This document shows, one piece after another, positions 18,012 to 27,962 of a stretch of DNA of 64,000 nucleotides. Positions within the stretch are counted from its first letter, which is position 1; each line of letters begins with the position of its first letter. The notes under the pieces were generated by a model. The model ran no database searches. It was given only the letters and a program-made list of their open reading frames with translations, and was not told where the DNA came from. Made by a program: the position numbers and the translations under genes. The DNA comes from an uncultured Candidatus Saccharibacteria bacterium (lineage in GTDB: Bacteria; Patescibacteriota; Minisyncoccia; Phycocordibacterales; UBA9973), in contig CAYREQ010000004.1 of NCBI GenBank assembly GCA_964423445.1, positions 2,700 to 66,699 on the forward strand, read 5' to 3'.

Positions 18012-18449
18012 ATGAAAGAAGGGATTACAAGAGAAGAAAAATCATTTGGAATAATTCCATTTATTCGTACCCAAGAAGCATACTTATTTTTAATAGTAAG
18101 AAGTGCAAAAAATAATCATTGGGGATTCCCAAAAGGACGCGAAGAAACAAATGAAACCCCACTGGATGTAGCAAAAAGAGAATTAAAAGAAGAAGTGGGA
18201 ATAGAAGAATATAAAATCATAGATTCCCCTGTTTTTTCTGAAGAATATTTTTTTGATGATAGAGAAACACCTTGTCATAAAGTTGTAAAATATTTTTTAG
18301 GAGAAATCCAAGAACAAAAAATCACACTGGATCCAAAAGAAATTTCTGAATACAAATTGGAAATATACGAAAAAACACTATCGACTTTGAGTCATCCTGA
18401 ATCTAAAAAAATCTTGCAAGAGGCATATAATTTTCTAAAAAGTAATTAA
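18012..18449 (+). CDS. NUDIX hydrolase (Ap4A hydrolase-like)
   Basis: HWGFPKG...RELKEEVG, KVVKYFL. Confidence 0.87.
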   Translation: MKEGITREEKSFGIIPFIRTQEAYLFLIVRSAKNNHWGFPKGREETNETPLDVAKRELKEEVGIEEYKIIDSPVFSEEYFFDDRETPCHKVVKYFLGEIQEQKITLDPKEISEYKLEIYEKTLSTLSHPESKKILQEAYNFLKSN

Positions 18450-18874
18450 TCTCTTTTGGGAAAGAAAAGCACTATATGCTTTTCTGCTTCATCCTTATTT
18501 ATTGGTCTGTGTATAATATTTTTATTATATTTTTCTTCTATGGGAACTATATTTTTAAAAGAAAATCTAATCGTATCTTTCTCACATAAAAAGCTTTTTG
18601 TATTTTCTCCACATAACTTATAAAGCTTATCTACGGCATCTTCTGTTTCAACCACCACAGCCAAGACCTCTTTACCTAATAAATAATCTTTTGTTTTTTC
18701 TAAGTTCTCTCCACTAATTCCTGGATACAATCCTTCTATGTGTTTTTTGGTAATTTTTGTTGTCCTCCATTCAATTATTGGAATTCCAGCATCTTCAACC
18801 ATGCTCATAATTCTTTCCTTGAAAGGTACTGCTTCTGGTTTTATTATAAACATTGATTTTTCTATAGGGCTCAT
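18446..18874 (-). CDS. Divergent nucleoside diphosphate kinase-like protein
   Basis: FIIKPEAV, TIR, NIIH, E..IVLFF. Confidence 0.7.
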   Translation of the reverse strand: MSPIEKSMFIIKPEAVPFKERIMSMVEDAGIPIIEWRTTKITKKHIEGLYPGISGENLEKTKDYLLGKEVLAVVVETEDAVDKLYKLCGENTKSFLCEKDTIRFSFKNIVPIEEKYNKNIIHRPINKDEAEKHIVLFFPKRD

Positions 18875-19023
18875 GAGTGAATTATACTACTTTTTTATAG
18901 GTATTTGTAAAATAAGAAAAATTTAGAAGCTAAATAAATAAAATAAAGAATTGTCAAACAAAAAATACCTTAGCCACAGTAAAATATAAACTATGGAATG
19001 AATTAATGGTACAATAAATCTAT

Positions 19024-19944
19024 ATGAACTGGTTTTTTATTGCTTTAGGTGCGCCATTTTTATGGGCTTTGGTAAACATAGCCGATAAATATCTTGTAGG
19101 GAGATTCTCAAATAAAGAGAAGGAACATAGTTCTGGGGGACTTGTACTTTTTTCTAGCTTAATTGGTCTAATTATAGCTTTTTCTATTTGGATTTTTATT
19201 CCAAATGTTTTTCAAATACCAACAATAGATAAGATGCTTCTTTTTGTCTGTGGAGTGCTTACTATCGTTTGGATTATTTTATATTTATTTTCGTTAGAAA
19301 TAGAAGAAGCTTCGGCTATTGTTCCTTGGTTTCTTTCAGTACCAGTTTTTGGTTATATTTTGGGTTATTTTTTTCTAGGAGAGAAGCTGACCAACAACCA
19401 GCTCATAGGGGCGGGGATAATTTTTATTGGACTTATATTAATTTCCTTCAACTTTGAATCTGGCAAAAAAAGACTGAAGGGTAAGCATGTTTTTTATATG
19501 TTTTTTGCATGTATCGCTATCGCAGTTTCTGGAGTTGTTTTCAAGTATGTAACTATTGGAAATGACTTTTGGATTTCATCTTTTTGGGAATATTTAGGAC
19601 TTGGTTTTTCTGGGCTACTTATATTTTTATTTATTCCACATTATCGTGAAGCTTTTATTCATATGAATAAAATGGGTGGAAAAACTATTTTTATAGTAAA
19701 TATAATCAGCGAGTTTATGTCAGTTGCTGGAAATCTCTTAACAAATTTTGCTCTTCTACTTGCACCAGTCGCTATGGTATTTCTAGTAGGAAGCTTCCAG
19801 CCAGCTATGGTTCTCATCTTGGCAATATTTGCTACAAAGTTTTTCCCAAACATAGCCAAAGAAAACTTAAACAAATCCAGTTTACTACCTAAAATCCTAG
19901 CTATAATCATCATGACCATAGGTAGTGGAATACTATTTCTCTAA
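19024..19944 (+). CDS. EamA/DMT family transporter
   Basis: About 10 TM helices, two repeats, FFLGEKL motif. Confidence 0.88.
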   Translation: MNWFFIALGAPFLWALVNIADKYLVGRFSNKEKEHSSGGLVLFSSLIGLIIAFSIWIFIPNVFQIPTIDKMLLFVCGVLTIVWIILYLFSLEIEEASAIVPWFLSVPVFGYILGYFFLGEKLTNNQLIGAGIIFIGLILISFNFESGKKRLKGKHVFYMFFACIAIAVSGVVFKYVTIGNDFWISSFWEYLGLGFSGLLIFLFIPHYREAFIHMNKMGGKTIFIVNIISEFMSVAGNLLTNFALLLAPVAMVFLVGSFQPAMVLILAIFATKFFPNIAKENLNKSSLLPKILAIIIMTIGSGILFL

Positions 19945-19966
19945 TACATATGTTAAAATACAATAC

Positions 19967-20371
19967 ATGGTTGAAGACATTAAAAAGGAAAACAATATAT
20001 TTCTATATCTATTGCTTGGTGGATGTCTCATAGCTATCGCTGTATCTTTCTATTTTTTCTATTTTAAAAAAGACTACGAATTTATCGTAGAGACTTCTTG
20101 CGACCCATCAAAAGAGACCTGTATTCAACGTGATTGTTCAAATCCTGATGATTGTCCTCCAAATGGATTTACTGATTTCAAGAGATACAGCCTAAATGCT
20201 GGAGATTTTGATATGTGTGAAAATGAAGATTGCACTAAAGCTTGCGAGACTAAAGCTATCCAATGTACACAAATAGAGTGCGTAGAAGACGAGATAGCTG
20301 GAGAATCTTGTAGTGTCGTAGAAGAAAAGGTAGACGGAGCAAAAACAGAAGAAAATATAATTCAAGAATAA
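19967..20371 (+). CDS. Single-TM protein with Cys-rich extracellular domain
   Basis: TM followed by CDPSKETC...C...C; 10 Cys after the TM; -10 TAAAAT 7 nt before ATG. Confidence 0.78.
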   Translation: MVEDIKKENNIFLYLLLGGCLIAIAVSFYFFYFKKDYEFIVETSCDPSKETCIQRDCSNPDDCPPNGFTDFKRYSLNAGDFDMCENEDCTKACETKAIQCTQIECVEDEIAGESCSVVEEKVDGAKTEENIIQE

Positions 20372-20373
20372 TA

Positions 20374-21183
20374 ATGACAAAAATCGGAGACTATGATGCA
20401 ATAATGAATGACCATAAACTTTTCAACCAAGTTGTTTATACTCCCCTATCTGAGGCGGTAAAAATTCTTGAAGAAAGACAAAAGGACAAAGAGCTTTTAA
20501 ATAAAGTTAAAAAATTATTAGATGGAGAAATACCAGAACCACTAAAAAAAATGGACAGATATGGAATTAGTGGCAAACAAATAGCTACACCAAACTTTGA
20601 CACGAGATGGTTTATAGAACTAACAAAGGTTTTTGGGTTAAAAACCTTTTTTTATGAATATCATTCAGATAAATTTACCTCAAATAACTATTTCAAACAC
20701 TCCTTAGGTCAGATATTAATACATAGTGGAATAAATAAAAAAGAAGACTATATAGAAGAAAAGATAACTATCGTTGATTTTAATAAATATAATGGCAAGC
20801 CCCTAAAAGATGTTTTGACATTGTGGGGAGAGCCATTGATAGATTTTCATAAAAATATTTTTAACGCTTACAATTTTGATACAGAAAAATTTATATTTTA
20901 TGATGGCTCTAATTGGTTAAAAAACAATGGAGGTGACGCAAAAGATTATTATGAAAAAGATCAATTATTATATATATGTCATGGTATTCTGTTTGAAAAT
21001 TTTTTACTGACAGGTGATGACCGTAAATTCACAAGAGACATTTTTCTGCCAGCGTTTGAAAAAGCTTATAATCTAACGGGTGTGAAACCCTTAATAGTCC
21101 CAATTCCACCAATGGACGTCGAAGAAGAGTCCCATTGGTTCTCATATGATAAAAAAATCAAACCTTATATAAAACTAAAATAA
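20374..21183 (+). CDS. Uncharacterised cytoplasmic protein, putative enzyme
   Basis: 269 aa, tightly operonic; motifs GKQIATPN, EYHSDKF, CHGILFENF. Confidence 0.8.
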   Translation: MTKIGDYDAIMNDHKLFNQVVYTPLSEAVKILEERQKDKELLNKVKKLLDGEIPEPLKKMDRYGISGKQIATPNFDTRWFIELTKVFGLKTFFYEYHSDKFTSNNYFKHSLGQILIHSGINKKEDYIEEKITIVDFNKYNGKPLKDVLTLWGEPLIDFHKNIFNAYNFDTEKFIFYDGSNWLKNNGGDAKDYYEKDQLLYICHGILFENFLLTGDDRKFTRDIFLPAFEKAYNLTGVKPLIVPIPPMDVEEESHWFSYDKKIKPYIKLK

Positions 21184-21185
21184 TT

Positions 21186-22853
21186 ATGATCGACTCAAAC
21201 ACAATATTAAACGTATGCTACATTGCTCCAGATTTCACCAGCCTGGTATTTTATTCTCATATTGTCCCAATAATTTTATCTCTCGTACTAGGAATATTTG
21301 TATTTATAAAATCAAAATTTAATTTTTTCTCAAAAGTTTTCCTATCTTTCATTTTCGTTTTTGCTATTTGGCTAACTGGGGATTTAATTACATGGACTTC
21401 AACTAACTACAATCTAATCTATACCATATGGTCATTTTTGCTATATCTAGAAATTGTTTTTTACGCTCTTGGTCTTTATTTCGCAATAGTTTTTGTTAAA
21501 AAATCAGATATATCTTTTATATTTAAAGTACTTATATTTCTTTTGACTATTCCTGCTTTCTTACTCACTATAAATCAGCAATCAGTCGTAGGTTTTAATT
21601 ACCCAGTCTGTGAAGCACTGAACGATAATTTTTTAGATACATATAAACTAATCTTTGAAGCAATAATATTGTCTGTAATTCTTATTTATGCTCTAAATCC
21701 TTTCTTTAAAAAGCTATCTTGGAAAGAAGCCTTCCCAAAATTAGTGGTATTAGGTTCGATGTTTTTATTCTTAGCTATTTTTGGAATCACAGAATATCTA
21801 GCTTCAGTAACTGGAAATTATGAAATGAATCTATACAGCTTGTTTCTAATGCCTGTATTCCTGGTGGCTATCATCTACTCTGTATTTGAGCTAGATATAT
21901 TCAATGTAAAAGTACTTGGCTCTCACTATCTAGTCATCGGCCTTATCATATTGATGGGGGGGCAATTATTCTTTATCACAAACACTACAAACAGATTGCT
22001 CACCATCATAGCCATGATAATTGCTGGTATTTTGAGTTTTGTATTATTTAGAAATATTAAAAAAGAATCTGACCAAAGAACACAAATCTTGAAGCTAAAC
22101 ACGGACTTGCAAAACCTAGTGAATCAAAGAGAGTCTCTAGTTCACTTGGTTACTCACAAAGTGAAAGGTTCTTTTACTCACTCAAAATACATCTTTGCTG
22201 GCTTACTCGATGGAAGTTTTGGAGATATTTCTCCTGAATTAAAAAAGATAGCCAAAGATGGATTGGACTCAGACAACACAGGTATAAATACAGTGGACTT
22301 GGTATTAAACGCTGCAAACTTGGCGAGAGGTACAGTGAGATATGGTATGAAAAAAGTAGATTTTAAAGATATAGTATTAGATTCTATAAATGATAAAAAA
22401 ATGGGCATAGAAGCCAAGGGCTTGCAACTAATTACTGAAATAAAAGATGAGAAGACTCCAAACTTTTACAATATTATGGGTGATGCTTTCTGGCTCAAAG
22501 AAGCTGTAAACAATTTACTCGAAAACTCTCTAAAATATACAAAAGTAGGTACTATAAATATAACTCTTGAAAAGATTGGAGAGAAAATAAAACTCACAGT
22601 GAAAGATACAGGAATAGGTATCACTAAAGAAGATAGAAAAAATCTATTCACCGAAGGAGGCCGTGGTAAAGAATCTGTAAAAGTAAACGTAGACAGTACT
22701 GGCTATGGTTTGTACACTGTAAAGCTAATCATAGATGCCCATGGGGGTAAGGTTTGGGTAGAATCCGAAGGCGCAGGCAAAGGCTCTACTTTCTTTGTAG
22801 AATTACCTGCTCTACCTGAAAAAGAAAAAATATTAGAAGCTCCTACTGCTTAA
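21186..22853 (+). CDS. Multi-TM sensor histidine kinase
   Basis: Large hydrophobic N-terminus; H-box VTHKVK, N-box NLLENSLKYT, DTGIGI, GYGLY, GKGSTF. Confidence 0.93.
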   Translation: MIDSNTILNVCYIAPDFTSLVFYSHIVPIILSLVLGIFVFIKSKFNFFSKVFLSFIFVFAIWLTGDLITWTSTNYNLIYTIWSFLLYLEIVFYALGLYFAIVFVKKSDISFIFKVLIFLLTIPAFLLTINQQSVVGFNYPVCEALNDNFLDTYKLIFEAIILSVILIYALNPFFKKLSWKEAFPKLVVLGSMFLFLAIFGITEYLASVTGNYEMNLYSLFLMPVFLVAIIYSVFELDIFNVKVLGSHYLVIGLIILMGGQLFFITNTTNRLLTIIAMIIAGILSFVLFRNIKKESDQRTQILKLNTDLQNLVNQRESLVHLVTHKVKGSFTHSKYIFAGLLDGSFGDISPELKKIAKDGLDSDNTGINTVDLVLNAANLARGTVRYGMKKVDFKDIVLDSINDKKMGIEAKGLQLITEIKDEKTPNFYNIMGDAFWLKEAVNNLLENSLKYTKVGTINITLEKIGEKIKLTVKDTGIGITKEDRKNLFTEGGRGKESVKVNVDSTGYGLYTVKLIIDAHGGKVWVESEGAGKGSTFFVELPALPEKEKILEAPTA

Positions 22854-23422
22854 TTTTTTTCTACTATAAAATTAAACACGTGCCAATGTTTTGGTTTACC
22901 TGAAGCAGTATTCCCTTCTTTCTCTTCTTCAATAAATTCTAAAATCTTAAAATCAGACAGTAAACTCATTGCTTGTTTTCTAGTATGAAAAACAATCTCT
23001 TTTCTATCTATTTTCCAACTATCTTTATTACCAAAAAATTGACCGACGAAAATACCTTTTGATTTTAAGGATTTTGTAATATTTTTTATAAAAGAATTAA
23101 ACTCTTTTTTGCCATAAAAAGGAAGTGCGTACTGAGCATTTACTAAATCAAAAGTATTTTTGGGAAAATCATATTCCAGAAATGGAATATTTTTATAACT
23201 AAATTTTTTGTTTTTAAAATTCCTTGCAAATAATTTTGTCTCTGGAGCACTATCAATAGCTAAAACATTTTTAAATCCTTTCTTTATTAAATATTTTGAT
23301 TCAATTAGTGTACCTGCTCCCAAGTCTAAAGCATTTTCTTTATTTTTAGAAAAAGAAACAGCTTGAACTAAAAGCTCTCTGGTTTTTCTTTTTTTATGTT
23401 TTTTAAAGTATGATTTCCACAT
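22850..23422 (-). CDS. Class I SAM-dependent methyltransferase (TehB-like)
   Basis: ALDLGAG, LAID, FDLV. Confidence 0.85.
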   Translation of the reverse strand: MWKSYFKKHKKRKTRELLVQAVSFSKNKENALDLGAGTLIESKYLIKKGFKNVLAIDSAPETKLFARNFKNKKFSYKNIPFLEYDFPKNTFDLVNAQYALPFYGKKEFNSFIKNITKSLKSKGIFVGQFFGNKDSWKIDRKEIVFHTRKQAMSLLSDFKILEFIEEEKEGNTASGKPKHWHVFNFIVEKN

Positions 23423-23474
23423 AATATCTAATTATACAGAAATGGGGTAAATAAAAATAAAATACTTTTACTTC

Positions 23475-24359
23475 TTATTGTTTAACTTCACTAGCACCTA
23501 GTCTCAAGATTATTTCTCGGACAGCGTTTTCACTATTTGTGATAACGATAGAATTGTCATCGGCAAATACATATGCCATTACTATATTTTTATCTGTATC
23601 GTACAAAATACGAGCATTTTTATTTTCTATAATACCGTTTTCAAAGTTTTTAGTTAAAAGATATTTTGTCTCTGGCAACAAATCTACTCCGAAAAATCCA
23701 TGTAAGTCCAAAAACATTTTAGATTCCCAGGAACGCATAATCTCAAATACGTCTATAATAGAACGCATCTTCATCAACATGAAAAAGCTATTTGTAGAAT
23801 TATCATTTTTTATGATACCCATCAAAAAATTGTCATCCACAAAGTTTGCTTCACTAGGGTTAAAGCTCCCATCTATTGCCGACATAAATTTTCTCAAGCC
23901 GACAGGGCTCTTGTTTAAAGTAGGATAAATACCCTCAATCTGTCTAATTTTTATAGTACTAGTGTTCACACCATCAAAGACTTTTTTCTCTATTACAGTT
24001 TTTTTCAAATCAGCTATCTCGAGTAAGGCATTTTTATCTGTAAAAATAATCGGCACAAATTGTTTTGCCACAGGCACCGTCGGCACTGCCCTCTTTTGGA
24101 AAAAGAAAAACAGAGTTCCGATGGAAGCTAAAATCAAAATCAGACCGAAAAACATAAAGAATTTATTCTTTCTAGACTGTGGAGATTCATTTCTTTTTTC
24201 TATTTCATGCTGTTCTTCGCTATGGATTATTTTTTTTATTATTCCACCCCTACCATCTTCTAGTACATGAGTCATGTCTTCAGTAAAAGTTTTGATAACC
24301 TTACTCTTTCCTATAGGCAAGTCTCCTGTTTTATTAGTGGTTTTATTTTCTGGTTCCAT
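23475..24359 (-). CDS. Single-TM hypothetical protein
   Basis: 294 aa, one TM near residue 70. Confidence 0.78.
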   Translation of the reverse strand: MEPENKTTNKTGDLPIGKSKVIKTFTEDMTHVLEDGRGGIIKKIIHSEEQHEIEKRNESPQSRKNKFFMFFGLILILASIGTLFFFFQKRAVPTVPVAKQFVPIIFTDKNALLEIADLKKTVIEKKVFDGVNTSTIKIRQIEGIYPTLNKSPVGLRKFMSAIDGSFNPSEANFVDDNFLMGIIKNDNSTNSFFMLMKMRSIIDVFEIMRSWESKMFLDLHGFFGVDLLPETKYLLTKNFENGIIENKNARILYDTDKNIVMAYVFADDNSIVITNSENAVREIILRLGASEVKQ

Positions 24360-24409
24360 AATATATTTATTCTAACATTTTTATAAATTTATTTGTATTA
24401 ATAAAAATG

Positions 24410-24448
24410 AAAACCGCCTTGTGGGACGACGGTCCTCATCAAAGCGGT
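24410..24448 (-). terminator. Terminator downstream of the SPP-like gene
   Basis: Minus strand ACCGCTTTG...CAAGGCGGT-TTT. Confidence 0.6.
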
Positions 24449-24457
24449 GATGCAATA

Positions 24458-25321
24458 TTAGTTTATAGCAACCTCTCTTTTTTTAATCAAAGTTGCAACC
24501 CCGAATCCGGCGTATGTCATAGGTATTAGATAAATCGTTGCAGGTTGTGGAAAATCTGAATAGAAAAGCACAGCCAGAGTTATTATCATACCTAAAAGGT
24601 AGCCAGAGATTGACCCAGCGGCGCCCAATTTCCCGTAGGTGCGATAAGCAAGCATGATTATCAGCCCCGGAAATACTAAATCTCCTACTCCCGTAGCTAA
24701 GACACCCTGTGCTTCGGGGGAAATTCCTTCAGGTATTACAATCATAGCCCCTGAATTATTTCCGGATATTTGAGCAAGCTTTTGCATCTGCATCGAATAG
24801 AAAACGGCAAAAAAATCAAATGCCATGATTCCCACAGACAGAGCTGCACATTGCCGATAGTTAATGTTTCTAATACTGACAAGAAAGATTAAAGCGGCGG
24901 CAAATGCACAAAAGTTGTTGGTAATCCAATTGGGATAGCTCAACCAAACATAAGTAGCTACGCTCGCAAAAAGGATTCCTCCCAATAAAAATAATTTCCG
25001 GTCTTTTTCTCTCTTTGCAAACAGAGATGGAAAAACCATAAAAATCAAGAACGTTACTATTTTATTAAGATTAGTGAAAAGACCAGAAGAAAGGTCAAAT
25101 AGATTAATCATTAAAAAAATTAGGAGCGTCATGCCGACAGCCACGAGAACTATTGTCCCCAAGACTTGCTTCTTGTTTTTAGGTTTCACCTGAAGAATGG
25201 GATGGTCGATGTACTCATATTCATGGGCACGCCTGTATTCAAAGCTCAAATAGCAAGCGAACGCATAGAACAAAACAGTAGCAACAAACCACAACGATGT
25301 TATGGTGACTAGTTTATACAC
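24458..25321 (-). CDS. Presenilin/signal peptide peptidase (A22, GxGD) intramembrane aspartyl protease
   Basis: Multi-TM; AFDFFAVF (YD equivalent), GVGDLVFPG, QPATIYL (PAL equivalent); GTG start with AAGGAG SD. Confidence 0.82.
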   Translation of the reverse strand: MYKLVTITSLWFVATVLFYAFACYLSFEYRRAHEYEYIDHPILQVKPKNKKQVLGTIVLVAVGMTLLIFLMINLFDLSSGLFTNLNKIVTFLIFMVFPSLFAKREKDRKLFLLGGILFASVATYVWLSYPNWITNNFCAFAAALIFLVSIRNINYRQCAALSVGIMAFDFFAVFYSMQMQKLAQISGNNSGAMIVIPEGISPEAQGVLATGVGDLVFPGLIIMLAYRTYGKLGAAGSISGYLLGMIITLAVLFYSDFPQPATIYLIPMTYAGFGVATLIKKREVAIN

Positions 25322-25418
25322 GGTTTTTTCTCCTTAAAGTACTGAATTTTCTGTAGTTACATTACAAGAAAATACCACTTCCGTCAATAAAACCGTTTAT
25401 ATTATAGATAAATTATAT

Positions 25419-27530
25419 TTAAATTTTCTTGAAGAAATCTTTGTCCGCTTCGCGAATAGATAGACTTATCTTACCTGCTACAGCATCCACTTTTATTATT
25501 TTGACAGGCACTATCATTCCTTCTTTTATTATGTCAGCCACACGCTCTACACGAAATGGTGCGATTTCAGAAATATGTACCATACCATCAGTGAAAGCAT
25601 TTAATCTTACAAAAGCTCCAAAGTCTGCGACTTTGACCACTTCCCCTTTTAGAATTTCTCCCACTTGATATTCGTGAGTCATCATCTCCACGATTTCTTT
25701 TGCTTTATTTGCAGAATCACCTATTCCTGTAAAGTAAACTGTTCCATCATCTTCTATAGTAATCTCGGCTCCAGATTTTTCTTTTATTTCTTTTATAGTT
25801 TTTCCTCCACCACCGATTACCATACCTATCTTGTCTGGATTAATTTTTATGATAAGTATTTTTGGTGCTCGGGCTGAAATCTCGGCTCGAGGTGCAGGTA
25901 TTTCTTTTTCAATTCTGTCTATGATAGCGACACGGGCAGACTTTGACTGACGCATAGCTTCACCAAGTATTTTTATTGGTACACCTTCTACTTTTACATC
26001 TAATTGAATTGCAGTCACTCCATCTCGTGTTCCAGCAATTTTGAAATCCATATCTCCATGGTGGTCTTCTGGTCCTTGAATATCAGTCAAAATTTTATAT
26101 TTATCATCAGACTCATACATGAGACCCATAGCAATACCTCCGACAGGAGCTTTGATAGGTACTCCGCCATCCATAAGTGCGAGAATAGATGCACAAATAG
26201 AAGCTTGTGATGTAGAACCATTTGAAGCCATAGATTCAGAAACTATTCTGATAGTATAAGGAAAATCTGCGACAGATGGTAATACCATTGCTAACGCTTT
26301 TTCAGCTAAAGCTCCGTGTCCTACCTCGCGACGATTTGTAAATCCTGCGCGTCCTACTTCTCCAGCAGAATATGGAGGGAAATTGTAGTGATGCATAAAT
26401 CTTTTCTCAAATTTTAACTGCATGCCATCGAGAAGCTGTCTATCTTCTGGTCCACCTAGAGTAAGTACAGACAATACATGTGTTCCTCCGCGATAAAAAA
26501 TTCCAGAACCATGTACTATGGATGATACTCCACCAGCTTGAGCATACAAATCACGAAGTTCATCCATCGCTCTACCATCAGCTCTTTTATTTTCATTTAT
26601 TGCTTCTTTGTGCAATATGTCATTTTCAGTATTATCAAACAGTGCGTCTTCCAGAGCAAAATCATCTCTATCAGGGTAATGTTCTTTTACCATTTTATTC
26701 CAAACACCATGCAATTCATCTATTTTTTCTTTTCCAGGTCCAGCAAAAATTGCTTCCATCATCTTTGGCAATATATTTTCGTTAAATAATTTTACTGATT
26801 CAGGATTTATCTCTTCTTTTGGTATTACTCTTTTTGTCTTTCCTATTTCAGCTACAATTTTCTTTTGGAAATCTTCTATCTTAGTGATTTCTAGGCTTGC
26901 GACTTTCAAAGCTTCTTCCAGCTCTGCTTCTGGTGTCTGATGGGCAGATGCTTCAATCATATTTATATTTCCAGCCTTACCACACACAGTCAGATCAAAT
27001 TTATACTGAGAATCATCTTCACGTAATTTTTGTGAAGGATTTATCTTTAATGTATCGTCATCATACTTTCCTATACGCACACATCCTACTGGTCCGGCCC
27101 AAGGAATATTTGATACAGCGAGAGCAAGTGATGCTGCATTTACTGCTAGTATTGTAGGATCTTCGTCATCTGCAGATATTACTGTCACGATTACTTGCAC
27201 GGCATGACGAATAGATTGATCAAATAGAGGGCGTAAAGTACGGTCTATTACTCGACTACCCAAGATGGCGTCTTCGGAAGGCTTGCCTTCTCTTTTCATA
27301 AAACGGCCACCCAAAATCTTTCCAGAAGCATAAAACTTCTCTACATAGTCCACTGTCAAATTAAACCAACCTAAGCCTTTTTGGCTATCTTTAGACATAC
27401 AAGCAGTAGCCAAAACCACAGTCTCCCCGTAGCGGAGCATGACTGAACCATGAGCTTGTTCTGCTAAGTCTGTAAATACGGCAGTCATTGTCTTACCGCC
27501 AATTTCTACTGAATATTCTTTTTTTTGCAT
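25419..27530 (-). CDS. pnp: Polynucleotide phosphorylase
   Basis: RVIDRTLRPLF, FMHHYNFPPYS, RREVGHGALAE, SNGSTS, GDMDFKIAG, KH and S1 domains. Confidence 0.98.
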   Translation of the reverse strand: MQKKEYSVEIGGKTMTAVFTDLAEQAHGSVMLRYGETVVLATACMSKDSQKGLGWFNLTVDYVEKFYASGKILGGRFMKREGKPSEDAILGSRVIDRTLRPLFDQSIRHAVQVIVTVISADDEDPTILAVNAASLALAVSNIPWAGPVGCVRIGKYDDDTLKINPSQKLREDDSQYKFDLTVCGKAGNINMIEASAHQTPEAELEEALKVASLEITKIEDFQKKIVAEIGKTKRVIPKEEINPESVKLFNENILPKMMEAIFAGPGKEKIDELHGVWNKMVKEHYPDRDDFALEDALFDNTENDILHKEAINENKRADGRAMDELRDLYAQAGGVSSIVHGSGIFYRGGTHVLSVLTLGGPEDRQLLDGMQLKFEKRFMHHYNFPPYSAGEVGRAGFTNRREVGHGALAEKALAMVLPSVADFPYTIRIVSESMASNGSTSQASICASILALMDGGVPIKAPVGGIAMGLMYESDDKYKILTDIQGPEDHHGDMDFKIAGTRDGVTAIQLDVKVEGVPIKILGEAMRQSKSARVAIIDRIEKEIPAPRAEISARAPKILIIKINPDKIGMVIGGGGKTIKEIKEKSGAEITIEDDGTVYFTGIGDSANKAKEIVEMMTHEYQVGEILKGEVVKVADFGAFVRLNAFTDGMVHISEIAPFRVERVADIIKEGMIVPVKIIKVDAVAGKISLSIREADKDFFKKI

Positions 27531-27555
27531 ATTTTACCCACTTTAGTGGGGTGAA

Positions 27556-27624
27556 GTTCGTGCCCAGACTGCAGTATTGTCCCTTTTTTCACCCAAGAAC
27601 ACTACTATATGTCTGAACGCGAAC
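27556..27624 (-). promoter_or_regulatory. Long pnp 5' leader stem-loop (RNase III/autoregulation-type)
   Basis: Minus strand GTTCGCGTTCAGAC pairs with GTCTGGGCACGAAC, plus an inner stem. Confidence 0.65.
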
Positions 27625-27962
27625 CAAATTAATTAATAAACTAATCATTATAATACCACTTTTTGTCAAAAATGCCAACTTTTTAACCCTCTTGAGTTAT
27701 CCCCAATTGGGTTGACTTGAAGCCAATATTGGGCTACCCTTTATATATACCCCTGAAGAGAAGCCTGACCGAAGACGACTGAAAGCTAGAAACGACAGTA
27801 ACCATCGTGAGAACCTTTTCCACTTAAATAACCTTATTTTAGTGGTCATAACACAACTTAATTGGTCGTTCTGTGATTTAACCCCTATTTGCTATGTCTT
27901 TTGGGGCTTAAAAAGGCAAAATCTCTCGATAAAAAGCTTGTTTTATAAAACACTTACCTAAA

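Noticed and set aside
27752-27800. Hammerhead ribozyme (CTGAAGA...GAAA)
   Set aside because: No properly closed stem II and no stems I/III around the core could be formed
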